Source: an uncultured Coriobacteriia bacterium
Lineage (GTDB): Bacteria; Actinomycetota; Coriobacteriia; Coriobacteriales; QAMH01
Length of the DNA stretch: 64,000 nucleotides
Assembly (NCBI GenBank): GCA_948466335.1
Contig: CAOKAE010000006.1
Location: 11,171-75,170, forward strand
Direction of reading: 5' to 3'
Shown here: in pieces, positions 18,280 to 28,242 of the stretch
Layout of the letters: each line of letters opens with the position of its first letter
How positions within the stretch are numbered: position 1 is the first letter of the stretch
Notes under the pieces: generated by a model
What the model saw: only the letters and a program-made list of their open reading frames with translations
Told to the model about the DNA's origin: nothing
Databases searched by the model: none
Made by a program: the position numbers and the translations under genes

Positions 18280-19641
18280 ATGTCCATTGCACCCATACGC
18301 GAGCACGTCCTGCCCGACTACATGAAAGCGGCAGACCTTCTCAAGGTCGCGCCCATGAACATGGAGGTCAACGCGGGCAAGGTGACGCTCGATGGCATAG
18401 ACCTGCGCGATATCGCCGACGAGTTCGGCACCGCGCTCTATGTCTACGACGAGGGGCATATCCGCAACCAGCTCGCGAGCTATCGCGACGAGTTTCGCAC
18501 CTGCTACCCGCAAAGCGATATCGTCTATGCCGCCAAGGCCTTCTGCTGCGTCGCCATGGACAAGATCGTCGCCGATGAGGATTGCTACATCGACGTGGCA
18601 AGCGGGGGAGAGCTCGCCATCGCGCTGGCCGCCGGTTTTCCCGCCGACCGCATCTTCGCCCAGGGTAACAACAAGACCCAGCGCGAGATCGAGGAGTGCA
18701 TTGACGCCGGCGTCGCGTGTTTCGTGGTCGACACCCACGAGGAAATCGAGCGCATCTCGAGCTATGCGAGCAAAAGGGGAGTCACCCAGAGAATCATCAT
18801 CCGCGTCTGTCCCGGCATCGAAGCCGATACGCACGCCTACATCCAGACGGCCAACGAGGATTCCAAGTTCGGATTCAACATCCGCAACGGTGCGGCTGAG
18901 GAAGCGCTCGTCTACGCTCTGACGCTACCCGGCATCGAGGTCGCCGGGTTCCATTGCCACATCGGATCCCAGATCTTCGAGCTCACCTCCTATGTCGAGG
19001 CCATCAACACGATGTTCTGCTTCATGAACGACATGCGTCAGGCCCATGGCTTCGTTGCGCGGGTCTTCGACATGGGCGGCGGTCTGGGCATTCCCTACAC
19101 CATCTACGACCGCCCCTCGACCATCGCTCAGTTTGCCCAGATCGCGACGGGCGCCATCCATGCCAACTGCAGCGAATACGACTATCCGTATCCGCACATC
19201 TTCGTGGAGCCGGGCCGTTCCATCGTCGCGAACGCCGGTATCACCCTCTATACCGTCGGCTCGGTCAAGACGGTCCCGGGCATTTGCACCTACATCGCCG
19301 TCGACGGTGGCATGACCGATAACATCCGCACGGCTCTCTACGGATCCAAATACGAGGCGTTCGTCGTCGAACGCGCCGACAAGCCCCGCGACGTCATCTG
19401 CGATATCGTCGGCAAGCATTGTGAGTCGGGCGATGTCGTCGTCAAGAACTCGCCGCTGCAGGCCTGCGAGGCAGGCGACCACATCTGCGTGCTGGGCACG
19501 GGTGCGTACTGCAACGAAATGGCAAGCAACTACAACAAGCAGGTGCGTCCCGGAGTCGTCTTCGTGCGCGATGGCGTTGCGCGCGAGGTCGTGCGCCGCG
19601 AGACCTATGAAGACCTGCTCGCACGTGACATATGCTCGTAG
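18280..19641 (+). CDS. lysA: diaminopimelate decarboxylase
   Basis: 453 aa group IV PLP decarboxylase pattern: YAAKAF, GFHCHIGSQI, DMGGGLGIPY, EPGRSIVA, CESGD. RBS GAAGGAG. Confidence 0.9.
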   Translation: MSIAPIREHVLPDYMKAADLLKVAPMNMEVNAGKVTLDGIDLRDIADEFGTALYVYDEGHIRNQLASYRDEFRTCYPQSDIVYAAKAFCCVAMDKIVADEDCYIDVASGGELAIALAAGFPADRIFAQGNNKTQREIEECIDAGVACFVVDTHEEIERISSYASKRGVTQRIIIRVCPGIEADTHAYIQTANEDSKFGFNIRNGAAEEALVYALTLPGIEVAGFHCHIGSQIFELTSYVEAINTMFCFMNDMRQAHGFVARVFDMGGGLGIPYTIYDRPSTIAQFAQIATGAIHANCSEYDYPYPHIFVEPGRSIVANAGITLYTVGSVKTVPGICTYIAVDGGMTDNIRTALYGSKYEAFVVERADKPRDVICDIVGKHCESGDVVVKNSPLQACEAGDHICVLGTGAYCNEMASNYNKQVRPGVVFVRDGVAREVVRRETYEDLLARDICS

Positions 19642-19671
19642 ATGCATAGGTTTTCCAAGAAGGAGATGCAC

Positions 19672-20958
19672 ATGAGGCAAGTAAGGATCGGATTGGTGGG
19701 CTGCGGAACCGTCGGCGGGGGGTTCGTGCGCATACTCCAGGAGCATCATGATGATTTCATGAACCACGCCGGCGTCGACCTCGTCTTGGCGAAGGCTACG
19801 ACCCGTACGCTTTCCAAACTGCGTGACCTGGGAATTCCCGATGATGTCATCGTCGATTCCTATACTGACATCATCTCCGACCCGGACATCGACATCGTCG
19901 TCGAACTCATCGGTGGCACGGGATTGGCGGCCGATGTCGTGCTCGACGCGCTCGCCGCCGGCAAGAACGTCATCACCGCGAACAAGGCCCTCATGGCGAC
20001 ACGTGGCGAGGAGATCTTCCACGTCGCAGATTCCTGCGGTGTCGAGGTCGCCTTCGAGGCTTCGGTAGGTGGCGGCATCCCCATCATCCAGCCTCTCAAG
20101 CATGCGCTCATCAGCAACGAGATCACTGCCGTCCTCGGCATCGTCAACGGGACCACCAACTACATGCTCACCGAAATGCAGCAGGGCCTGGACTACGAGA
20201 CCGTCCTCAAGCGCGCCCAGGAGCTCGGCTATGCCGAAGCCGACCCGACGGCCGACGTCGACGGCTTTGACGCCGCCGCCAAGATCGCCATCCTCGCCTC
20301 CATCGCCTTCAATTCCCGCGTGACCCTCGACGATGTCTTCACGCAGGGCATCCGTTCCATAGAGCCCGCCGACTTCAAGCATGCGGCCGACATGGGCTAC
20401 ACCATCAAGCTACTCGCCATCGCCCACAAGATCGACGGCGAGATCGACGTGCGCGTCCATCCGGCCATGATTCCCACGAACCACCAGCTCGCCAACGTGA
20501 ATGGGGTCTACAACGCCATTTACGTCACGGGCGACGCCGTGGGCGATGGCATGTTCTTCGGCGAGGGAGCCGGTGCCGGTCCCGCGGCCTCCGCCGTCAT
20601 GGGCGACACCATCGAGGTCGCCCGTCGCGTAGCCAACGGCATCAAGCCCATCGTCGGATGCACCTGTACCGATAACCTGCCATTGCGTGGCATCGGCAAG
20701 CTCGAGACCAAGTTCTACCTGCGCCTTCTCGTGAAGGACGAGCCGGGCGTGCTGGCTGCCATCAGCGAGATCTTCAGCCAGTACGAGGTCTCGATTCGCA
20801 GCATGGTGCAACCCACGACTCACGGAGACGGTACCGCCGAGCTCATCTTCATGACCCATACGGCCAAGGAGGCCCACTTCGAGGATGCCCTCAAGGAAGT
20901 CGCGGCCCTGTCCTGCGTGGTCAAGATCGGAACCATGATTCGCATCGAGGAGGACTAA
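19672..20958 (+). CDS. hom: homoserine dehydrogenase
   Basis: RIGLVGCGTVGGG, ANKAL, a G.PII..L type core and a C-terminal ACT domain. The ATG at 19672 follows AAGGAG. Confidence 0.9.
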   Translation: MRQVRIGLVGCGTVGGGFVRILQEHHDDFMNHAGVDLVLAKATTRTLSKLRDLGIPDDVIVDSYTDIISDPDIDIVVELIGGTGLAADVVLDALAAGKNVITANKALMATRGEEIFHVADSCGVEVAFEASVGGGIPIIQPLKHALISNEITAVLGIVNGTTNYMLTEMQQGLDYETVLKRAQELGYAEADPTADVDGFDAAAKIAILASIAFNSRVTLDDVFTQGIRSIEPADFKHAADMGYTIKLLAIAHKIDGEIDVRVHPAMIPTNHQLANVNGVYNAIYVTGDAVGDGMFFGEGAGAGPAASAVMGDTIEVARRVANGIKPIVGCTCTDNLPLRGIGKLETKFYLRLLVKDEPGVLAAISEIFSQYEVSIRSMVQPTTHGDGTAELIFMTHTAKEAHFEDALKEVAALSCVVKIGTMIRIEED

Positions 20959-20959
20959 G

Positions 20960-21265
20960 GTGACCCTGACCGAAAAGGACGTCCGCGATATCGCCGAATA
21001 CGCGCGCATCGGGCTCACGGACGAGGAGCTGTCAACCATGACGGTCGACCTCAACAACATCATCGAGACCCTGCGGCCCATCACGGAATACGAGCTCGAG
21101 GGCGTCGAACCCACCTTCCACCCCATCGGCAGCCTCTCCAACGTCATGCGTGAAGACGAGGTGGGAGAGTCCTTCGAGCGTGAGGTCGCCCTGTCCAACA
21201 GCGACTCGACGAGCGAGGGCTGCTTCGAGATTCCTTCGATCCTCGGTGAGGGAGGGGACCGCTGA
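20960..21265 (+). CDS. gatC: Asp-tRNA(Asn)/Glu-tRNA(Gln) amidotransferase subunit C
   Basis: VRDIAEYARIGLTDEELSTMTVDLNNIIE. GTG start with RBS GAGGAGG, directly upstream of gatA. Confidence 0.9.
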   Translation: MTLTEKDVRDIAEYARIGLTDEELSTMTVDLNNIIETLRPITEYELEGVEPTFHPIGSLSNVMREDEVGESFEREVALSNSDSTSEGCFEIPSILGEGGDR

Positions 21266-22740
21266 TGAACGAGTATTCCCAGCTTGGCGTCCGCCAGATT
21301 CACGAGGGCCTGCGCGCCGGCAACTTCAGCGCGCGAGAACTTGCGGCATCGGCATTCGACGCCATCGACAGGCTCGACTCCCAGGTGCATGCCTTTCTCG
21401 AACTCACGCCCGAGCTTGCCTACGAGCAAGCCGATGCCGTCGATGCGGCCATCGCTGCAGGCGAGCCCCTTGGCATTCTGGCTGGCGTCCCCATCGCGTT
21501 CAAGGACAACATGAACCTCGAGGGCACGCACACGACCTGCGCCTCGCGCATGCTCGAGACCTACGTGAGCCCGTTCACGGCGACCTGCGTGGCCAAGGCC
21601 CTCGATGCCGGTAGCATCTGCCTGGGCAAGACGAACATGGACGAGTTCGCCTTCGGTTCCTCCACCGAGACCTCGTTCTTCGGCAAGACCCACAATCCCT
21701 GGGACCTCGACCGCGTACCCGGCGGTTCCTCCGGTGGTTCTGCGGCAGCAGTCGCCGCTGGCATGGCGACGCTCTCGCTCGGAAGCGATACGGGCGGCTC
21801 CATCCGCCAGCCGGGAAGCTTCACCGGCACGGTCGCCCTCAAGCCCAGCTACGGCGTCGTGAGCCGCTACGGCGTCGTCGCCTTCGGCAGTTCCCTTGAC
21901 CAGGTCGGGCCCTTCGCCCGCAGCGTCGAGGATGCGGCCTTCGCGCTCAACGCGATTTCCGGCCGCGATCCGCTCGATTGCACGAGCCAGCCCCGTGACA
22001 TCGACTACACCGCGAACCTCGATGCGGGCATCAACGGCATGCGCATCGGTGTCGTTCCCTCCCTGCTCGAGCTCGATGGCCTCACGAACGAGGTCAAGCA
22101 TGCCTTCGAGCAAAGCGTCGCGAAGCTCGAGGGGCTTGGCGCCGAAATCGTCGAGGTCGAGTTGCCCAACGCGGCGGCCGCCATTAGCGCGTATTACGTA
22201 CTCGGCCCCTGCGAGGCCTTCTCGAACCTCTCGCGCTTCGATTCGGTGCGCTACGGACACCATGCCCACGGCAAGAACCTCGAGCAGCGCTACGAAGATA
22301 GCCGTGCCCAGGGGTTCGGGCCCGAAGCCAAGCGCCGCATCATGCTCGGTGCCTGGCTGCTTGCCAGCGGCGTCTACGACGAGTACTACATCCCCGCTCA
22401 GAAGGTACGTACGCTTATCACGGCCGACTACACGAAGGCATTCGAGAAGGTCGATGCGATCGTGCTACCCACGAGTCCGCGTACCGCGTTCAAGTTCGGC
22501 GAGGTGAGCGACCCGGCATCGATGTACCTCTCCGACATCTACACGATTAGCATCAACATCGCGGGCAACGGTGGCATGAACCTGCCCGTTGCGCTCGGCG
22601 AGGACTCCGGCCTGCCCATCGGCCTGCAAATCGTCGGCCCGCAGTTCAAGGACGAGAACATCCTGCGCGTCGGCGCGGCACTCGAGACGCTCATCGACAT
22701 CCCACGCGTCGCACCGCTCGAGAAAGGGGGTCGCTCGTGA
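21265..22740 (+). CDS. gatA: Asp-tRNA(Asn)/Glu-tRNA(Gln) amidotransferase subunit A
   Basis: Amidase signature GGSSGGSAAAVAAG..LSLGSDTGGSIRQP. TGATG overlap with gatC. Confidence 0.95.
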   Translation: MNEYSQLGVRQIHEGLRAGNFSARELAASAFDAIDRLDSQVHAFLELTPELAYEQADAVDAAIAAGEPLGILAGVPIAFKDNMNLEGTHTTCASRMLETYVSPFTATCVAKALDAGSICLGKTNMDEFAFGSSTETSFFGKTHNPWDLDRVPGGSSGGSAAAVAAGMATLSLGSDTGGSIRQPGSFTGTVALKPSYGVVSRYGVVAFGSSLDQVGPFARSVEDAAFALNAISGRDPLDCTSQPRDIDYTANLDAGINGMRIGVVPSLLELDGLTNEVKHAFEQSVAKLEGLGAEIVEVELPNAAAAISAYYVLGPCEAFSNLSRFDSVRYGHHAHGKNLEQRYEDSRAQGFGPEAKRRIMLGAWLLASGVYDEYYIPAQKVRTLITADYTKAFEKVDAIVLPTSPRTAFKFGEVSDPASMYLSDIYTISINIAGNGGMNLPVALGEDSGLPIGLQIVGPQFKDENILRVGAALETLIDIPRVAPLEKGGRS

Positions 22741-24269
22741 AGGAACTGACCGAGGTCCTCGAGGATTGGGAGGCCGTCATCGGCCTTGAGGTCCATGCCG
22801 AGCTCACGACACTCAAGACCAAGATGTTCTGCTCGTGCCCCATCGAGTTTGGCGCCGATCCCAACACGCACACCTGCCCGGTATGCCTTGGCATGCCCGG
22901 TGCGCTGCCCGTGCCCAACAAGGCGGCCATCGAGTCCATCGTACTCGCCGGTCTCGCGACCAACTGTGACATCGAGAAGCACACGATGTTCTACCGCAAG
23001 GGCTACTTCTATCCGGACATGGCCAAGAACTTCCAGACGACGCAGGGCCCGCTCGCGTTCTGCATGCGCGGTCATCTCGACCTGGAGCTTTCCGCCAAGG
23101 GGGCGGCCGAGCGCGTCGACATCCCCAAGGGCGAAGATGGCGGCTACACGACCCGCATCGGCATCACGCGCATCCACATGGAGGAGGATGCGGGCAAGAT
23201 GACGCATCTGGGTGGTTCCGAGGGTCGCATCGATGGCGCCGAGCGTTCGCTCGTTGACTATAACCGCGCGGGCACGCCGCTCATCGAGCTCGTCACCGAG
23301 CCCGACCTGCGCACGCCCGAGGAGGCGCGTGCCTTCATGCAGAAGCTGCGCCAGATCTACCTCACGCTCGGCATCTCGGATTGTTCCATGGAGGAGGGTT
23401 CGCTGCGTGCCGATGGCAACGTGTCGTTGCGCCGCCGCGGCTCGACGGAGCTGGGCACGAAGACCGAGCTCAAGAACATCAACTCCTTCAAGAACCTCCA
23501 CGACGGCCTCGCCTACGAGATTTGCCGCCAGGCCGAGGTGCTCGAGAGCGGCGGCGTCATCCGCCAGGAGACGCGTCACTGGGAACCCGGTGCCAAGCGC
23601 ACCATCGTCATGCGCGTCAAGGAGACGGCTGATGACTACCGCATGTTCCCCGATCCGGATCTCGCGCCCTTCGACCTGACCGACGAGTTCATCGAGAACG
23701 TGCGCGCCAAGCTACCCGAGCTACCCGACGTCAAGAAGGCGCGCTTCATGGAGACCTACGGCCTGCCCGCCTACGATGCCGGCGAACTTGCCGGTGATGT
23801 CGAGGTGGCCGAGTTCTTCGAGGAAGCGGCCCAGGATACCGATGCGGCCGTGGCCAAGAAGATCGCGAACCTCATCATCAACGACGTGAGCGCTTGGGCA
23901 AACGAGAACGCGACGAGCATCTCCGCGTCCCAGATCACCCCGGCGGCGCTCGCGAAGCTCGCAAAGCTGCTGGCAGACGACACGATCAGCTCCAAGCAGG
24001 GCAAGGAAGTGCTCGCCGCACTCATCGGCGAGGGCATCGACCCCGAAGAGTACGTGAAGTCACACGGCATGGAGCAGACGACCGACACGGGAGCTATCGA
24101 GGCCATCGTCGAGGAGCTCATGGCGGCCAACCCCGACAAGGTCGAAGCGTATCGCGGTGGCAAGACGGGCCTGCAGGGCTTCTTCATGGGACAGGTCATG
24201 AAGCAACTCGGTGGCCAGGGTAACCCCAAGGTTATCTCGGCAATCGTGACCGAAAAGCTCGAGGGCTAA
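22737..24269 (+). CDS. gatB: Asp-tRNA(Asn)/Glu-tRNA(Gln) amidotransferase subunit B
   Basis: WEAVIGLEVHAEL.T.TKMFC.C...FGA.PNT..CPVCLG.PGALPV and a C-terminal GatB/YqeY domain. Confidence 0.95.
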   Translation: MKELTEVLEDWEAVIGLEVHAELTTLKTKMFCSCPIEFGADPNTHTCPVCLGMPGALPVPNKAAIESIVLAGLATNCDIEKHTMFYRKGYFYPDMAKNFQTTQGPLAFCMRGHLDLELSAKGAAERVDIPKGEDGGYTTRIGITRIHMEEDAGKMTHLGGSEGRIDGAERSLVDYNRAGTPLIELVTEPDLRTPEEARAFMQKLRQIYLTLGISDCSMEEGSLRADGNVSLRRRGSTELGTKTELKNINSFKNLHDGLAYEICRQAEVLESGGVIRQETRHWEPGAKRTIVMRVKETADDYRMFPDPDLAPFDLTDEFIENVRAKLPELPDVKKARFMETYGLPAYDAGELAGDVEVAEFFEEAAQDTDAAVAKKIANLIINDVSAWANENATSISASQITPAALAKLAKLLADDTISSKQGKEVLAALIGEGIDPEEYVKSHGMEQTTDTGAIEAIVEELMAANPDKVEAYRGGKTGLQGFFMGQVMKQLGGQGNPKVISAIVTEKLEG

Positions 24270-24276
24270 CCCAGCG

Positions 24277-25200
24277 GTGGACGCGTCCGCCTGCACGCTA
24301 TGCCCGCGCTGCTGTGCCGTTGACAGGGCGCGGGAGCGCGGCGTATGCGGTGAGGGCGATACGGTGCGCCTCGCCCGTGCCGCGCTGCACTTCTGGGAGG
24401 AGCCACCCGTCAGCGGCGAAGCCGGCAGCGGCACGGTGTTCTTCAGCGGCTGTCCGCTGCGCTGCGTCTACTGCCAGAACAAAGACATCGCACGCGGCGA
24501 GATTGGCCGTGAGATCTCCATCGAGAGGCTTGCGCGCATCTTTCTCGAGCAGCAGGAGCGCGGGGCGCTCAACATCAACCTCGTGACGCCCACGCACTTC
24601 GCACCGCAGATCAAGGCTGCCCTCGACCTCGCCCGTTCCTATGAGTTCTCGAGCACGCCGCTTGCTCTGCCCGTCGTCTACAACACGAGCGGCTACGAGA
24701 CAGTCGAGGCCATCACGAACCTCGCCGGCTACGTCGACGTGTTCCTCACCGATTTCAAGTACGCCTCGCCCGAGCTTGCGCGTCGCTATTCCGCCGCTCC
24801 CGACTATCCCGAGGTGGCGTCGAAGGCACTCGATGCCATGTTCGAGCTCGTGGGCCCGCTCGCCTACGACGAGACGGAGAGGGGAGAGGAACGCCTCGCG
24901 TGCGGCGTCATCGTGCGCCATCTGCTGCTGCCCGGCTGCCTCGACGATTCCAAGCACGTCATGGAGCTCCTTGCCGCAAAGCCCTACATCGATGACATCA
25001 TCGTGAGCATCATGAACCAGTTCACACCTGCTTCAAATATCGCGCGGGACTATCCCGAACTTGCCCGTGGCGTGAGTGATGGGGAATATGACGAGCTCAT
25101 TGACCATGCGCTTGAATTGTGCATCGTGAATAGTTTCATGCAGGAAGGTGGAGCTGCGAGCGAGTCCTTCATTCCCGCCTTCGATTACGAGGGAGTCTAG
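24277..25200 (+). CDS. radical SAM protein, PflX-like (pyruvate formate-lyase-activase-like, COG1313 type)
   Basis: An N-terminal CTLCPRCC Cys cluster, then GTVFFSGCPLRCVYCQNKDI (CxxxCxxC radical SAM motif). GTG start lies 7 nt after the gatB stop. Confidence 0.8.
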   Translation: MDASACTLCPRCCAVDRARERGVCGEGDTVRLARAALHFWEEPPVSGEAGSGTVFFSGCPLRCVYCQNKDIARGEIGREISIERLARIFLEQQERGALNINLVTPTHFAPQIKAALDLARSYEFSSTPLALPVVYNTSGYETVEAITNLAGYVDVFLTDFKYASPELARRYSAAPDYPEVASKALDAMFELVGPLAYDETERGEERLACGVIVRHLLLPGCLDDSKHVMELLAAKPYIDDIIVSIMNQFTPASNIARDYPELARGVSDGEYDELIDHALELCIVNSFMQEGGAASESFIPAFDYEGV

Positions 25201-25201
25201 C

Positions 25202-26239
25202 ATGGACCATGCCGATTACCTCATCGTCGGAGCGGGACTTGCGGGCTCTACCTGCGCATATCTGCTGAGGCAGGCCGGCTGTGACGTCCTGCTCGTCGAA
25301 CGCCTCGACATCGAGGCAAAGTCCAAGCTCTGCGCCGGCCTCGTCACGCCCCGTGCGCTGCACGAGCTACACAACATCTTCGACACGGTACCTCATAGCC
25401 TCTTCAAGTCCCAATTCGGCGTCATGCGCTGTATCGCGGCAGGCATCACCGTTGACTTGCACGACATCCAGATGCGCAGCGTCGAGCGCCGCGAGCTCGA
25501 CCGCTTCGTTCTCGACGCGTATCGTGCGGATGGGGGAGAGCTCCTCGATCGTTTTCACGTGCGCTCAATTGACCTTGACGCCAAGCGCATTGCGGGAACG
25601 CGTGATGGGGAAGGACGTGAGATTTCCTTTGACACACTCGTCGCGGCCGATGGCGCGCTTTCCTTCGTGCGCAAGGAACTTACGGGCAGCAGTCCCAACG
25701 CCATTCTCTCGCTCGAGACGACGGTTGCCAATACGGGCGCACCGCTCACCATGGACTACGAAGATGGCTTCATCGGTTACAGCTGGTACGCCCCCTGTGG
25801 TGATGAGGCTAAAATTGGATGCTGTGCCTATATAGGTGAGCCCGACCTTGACCAACGGCTTCGGAGCTTTGCGCAGCATATGAACGTTGGGTACAAACGT
25901 TGCCGCGGCGCTTTCATCCCCACGGGAAGCGATGTGCTGCTCGAGCGCGATGGCGTCTACTTCGTCGGCGATGCGGCAAGCCTCATTGCGCCGCCCTCCG
26001 GCGAGGGCATCTATCACGCGCTGCATTCCGCCCGCATGCTCGCGCGTGCACTCGTCAACAAGGCGAGCTATCGCGCCCTCATGCGGCCCGTTGTTGCAGA
26101 GATACGGCGCCAGTACAAGCTGCGCAGCCTCTTCTTCGACACGCGTTTCATGCGCTGCGGCATCAAGCTCGCAGATGCCACGCCCTATGGCGCCGAGCGC
26201 GCCGTCAAGTTTGCCTTGCGGCACTTCGCGGGATACTAG
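25202..26239 (+). CDS. FAD-dependent oxidoreductase (geranylgeranyl-reductase-like flavoprotein family)
   Basis: DYLIVGAGLAGSTCAYLL dinucleotide-binding motif and GDAASLIAPPSGEGIYHA. The ATG at 25202 lies 1 nt after the radical-SAM stop. Confidence 0.75.
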   Translation: MDHADYLIVGAGLAGSTCAYLLRQAGCDVLLVERLDIEAKSKLCAGLVTPRALHELHNIFDTVPHSLFKSQFGVMRCIAAGITVDLHDIQMRSVERRELDRFVLDAYRADGGELLDRFHVRSIDLDAKRIAGTRDGEGREISFDTLVAADGALSFVRKELTGSSPNAILSLETTVANTGAPLTMDYEDGFIGYSWYAPCGDEAKIGCCAYIGEPDLDQRLRSFAQHMNVGYKRCRGAFIPTGSDVLLERDGVYFVGDAASLIAPPSGEGIYHALHSARMLARALVNKASYRALMRPVVAEIRRQYKLRSLFFDTRFMRCGIKLADATPYGAERAVKFALRHFAGY

Positions 26240-26242
26240 AAA

Positions 26243-26265
26243 GGGGCCCGGACAGCCCGGACCCC
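26243..26265. terminator. hairpin between convergent genes
   Basis: GGGGCCCGG-ACAG-CCCGGACCCC (one mismatch), between the flavoprotein stop (26239) and the symporter stop (26296). Confidence 0.45.
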
Positions 26266-26295
26266 TTCGCTTGCGCAATGCATGCCGCGTGGATG

Positions 26296-27936
26296 CTATT
26301 CGCGTCTCTCCTCGTCTTGCTCCTGGTCGAGAAGCTCGATTTCCTCGACGTTGGCACCGGCGACAATCTCGCGACGTTTGCTTGCCTTGTCGTCGGGCAT
26401 CGTCTCCAGTTCGGCGGCAAGCTCGCGGTCGGTACCGGATTCGGGGCTCGGCGGGTTGACCTCGAAGGGCACGGCCTTCGTGAACAGGCTCACGACCGGC
26501 ACGATGATAATCGAGAGGATCATCGCGATGGCACCGGCGTTGATGGGCGACGCGATGAGCGGTGTGCCGACGAACCCCATGATCATGTTCACGGTCGTGA
26601 GGCCCACGCCGACGACGAAGCTCGCCCAGACGGCCGCCTTGCTGATGCGCTTGCTATACAGGCCCCAGAGCATGGGACCGAGGAAGGCGCCGGCCAGGGC
26701 TCCCCAGGAAATACCCATGAGCTGCGCGATCCAGGTGACGGAACTCTGGTACTGGAATACGGCGATGAGCGCGGAGATGGCAACGAAGACCACGAGCAGT
26801 GCGCGAATCCAGACGATCTGCTTCTTCTCGTTCATGTCCTTCACGATGTTGCCCTTGATGAGGTCGAGCGTGAGAACGGAGCTCGACGTGAGCACGAGGG
26901 AGGACAGCGTGCTCATGGATGCCGAGAGCACGAGAACGATGACGAGGCCGATGAGAAACTCGGGCAGGTTCGAGAGCATCGTCGGAATGATGGAGTCGTA
27001 GACGGGGGTTCCGTTGGCGGCGTAGGCTATCTGGTCGCCGAAGAGCTGACCGAAACCGCCGAGGAAGTAGCTTCCTCCGGCGATGACGAACGCGAACAGG
27101 GTGGAGATGATGGCGCCCTGCTTGATGGCGGGACCGGACTTGATGGCGTAGAACTTCTGGACCATCTGCGGCAGGCCCCAGGTACCGAGCGAGGTCAATA
27201 TGACGACGCCCATCAAGTTGAGGAAGTCCGGGCCGAGGAAGCTCGTGAACGCACCAAGCTGTTCGGTGCCAGGCGCCTGGATTTGCGAAAGCTGCACGAC
27301 GGCTTCGGAAAGCCCTCCCTGGGTTTGCAGCACCGCGATGATGACCGCCGTAATGCCGACGAGCATGACGATACCCTGCAGGAAGTCGTTGACGACCGTG
27401 GCCATGTAGCCACCCAACACGACATAGATGCACGTGACGACGGCCATGCCGATGACACACCACTCATAGGGTATGCCGAAGGCCATCGTGAACAGGCGCG
27501 ACAGGCCGTTGTAGACCGAGGCGGTGTAGGGGATGAGGAAGACGAAGATGATGGCCGCCGACGCGATGCGCAACCCCTTGCTCTGGTAGCGCTTGCCGAA
27601 GAACTCGGGCATCGTGGACGCCTTGAGACGCTGCGTCACCTCGCGCGTGCGCGGGCCGAGCACCCACCAGGCAAGCAGGCTGCCGATCACCGCATTGCCG
27701 ATACCGGCCCAGGTCGCGGCCATGCCGTATTTCCAGCCGAACTGGCCCGCGTAGCCGATGAACACGACTGCGCTGAAGTAGGCCGTACCATAGGCGAATG
27801 CGGAGAGCCAGGGTCCAACGTTACGCCCGCCCAGGATAAAGCCGTCGACGTCGCGCGAGGCCGCACGACGGGTGTAGATGCCGACGCCGACCGCGATGGC
27901 TATGAATATGACGATGAGTAGAATCTTGACGAACAT
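26296..27936 (-). CDS. sodium:solute symporter family (SSF) transporter
   Basis: 546 aa, ~13 TM segments. The N-terminal pattern DGFILGGRNVGPWLSAFAYGTAYFSAVVFIGYAGQ.GW is typical of PutP/PanF-like SSF. Short acidic C-terminal tail. Confidence 0.85.
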   Translation of the reverse strand: MFVKILLIVIFIAIAVGVGIYTRRAASRDVDGFILGGRNVGPWLSAFAYGTAYFSAVVFIGYAGQFGWKYGMAATWAGIGNAVIGSLLAWWVLGPRTREVTQRLKASTMPEFFGKRYQSKGLRIASAAIIFVFLIPYTASVYNGLSRLFTMAFGIPYEWCVIGMAVVTCIYVVLGGYMATVVNDFLQGIVMLVGITAVIIAVLQTQGGLSEAVVQLSQIQAPGTEQLGAFTSFLGPDFLNLMGVVILTSLGTWGLPQMVQKFYAIKSGPAIKQGAIISTLFAFVIAGGSYFLGGFGQLFGDQIAYAANGTPVYDSIIPTMLSNLPEFLIGLVIVLVLSASMSTLSSLVLTSSSVLTLDLIKGNIVKDMNEKKQIVWIRALLVVFVAISALIAVFQYQSSVTWIAQLMGISWGALAGAFLGPMLWGLYSKRISKAAVWASFVVGVGLTTVNMIMGFVGTPLIASPINAGAIAMILSIIIVPVVSLFTKAVPFEVNPPSPESGTDRELAAELETMPDDKASKRREIVAGANVEEIELLDQEQDEERRE

Positions 27937-28060
27937 GCTCTTTCTTTCTCACGGATACATTACGAACGGGCGGAGGCGCACACGACAAGGACTTCAGCGC
28001 ACGCAAGGACAGGGAGTGTCGGCACGTGCATCCCGCCGTGTGCTAGAGGTATCGATAATA

Positions 28061-28150
28061 GGAAAAAGAGGAGGCGAACGAGAGCGCACCGACATGCGCG
28101 GCTGTGCCGTGATGCCTTGACATGTTTGCTCGATCGTTCAACGGTCCTCC
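28061..28150 (-). promoter_or_regulatory. terminator-like long hairpin plus U-run inside the symporter 5' leader (candidate attenuator)
   Basis: Minus-strand RNA reads GGAGGaccguuGAACGAucGAGC...(~40 nt)...GCgCUCuCGUUCgCCUCC followed by UCUUUUUCC. It ends ~125 nt upstream of the ATG at 27936. Confidence 0.35.
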
Positions 28151-28214
28151 AAATCAGATTGCGAACACTATAGACCACTTTTGCACACTGTAGTAGTAAA
28201 TTATTCGATTTTTT

Positions 28215-28242
28215 TGCATATCTTCTTTCAAACGATAAGATG
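28215..28242 (+). promoter_or_regulatory. sigma-70-type promoter for vanZ-like gene
   Basis: TTGCAT - 16 nt - TAAGAT, ~40 nt upstream of ATG 28283. Confidence 0.45.

Noticed and set aside
25900-27921. 673-aa plus-strand ORF. Similar long ORFs occur at 9666-10709(-), 16502-18292(-), 20410-22269(-), 48209-50374(+), 50323-52332(+) and 56666-58237(+).
   Set aside because: Each lies antisense to a gene with clear family motifs. Their translations are Arg/Gly/Asp/His/Ala-rich low-information strings typical of stop-poor antisense frames in high-GC DNA. None has an RBS or a recognisable domain.
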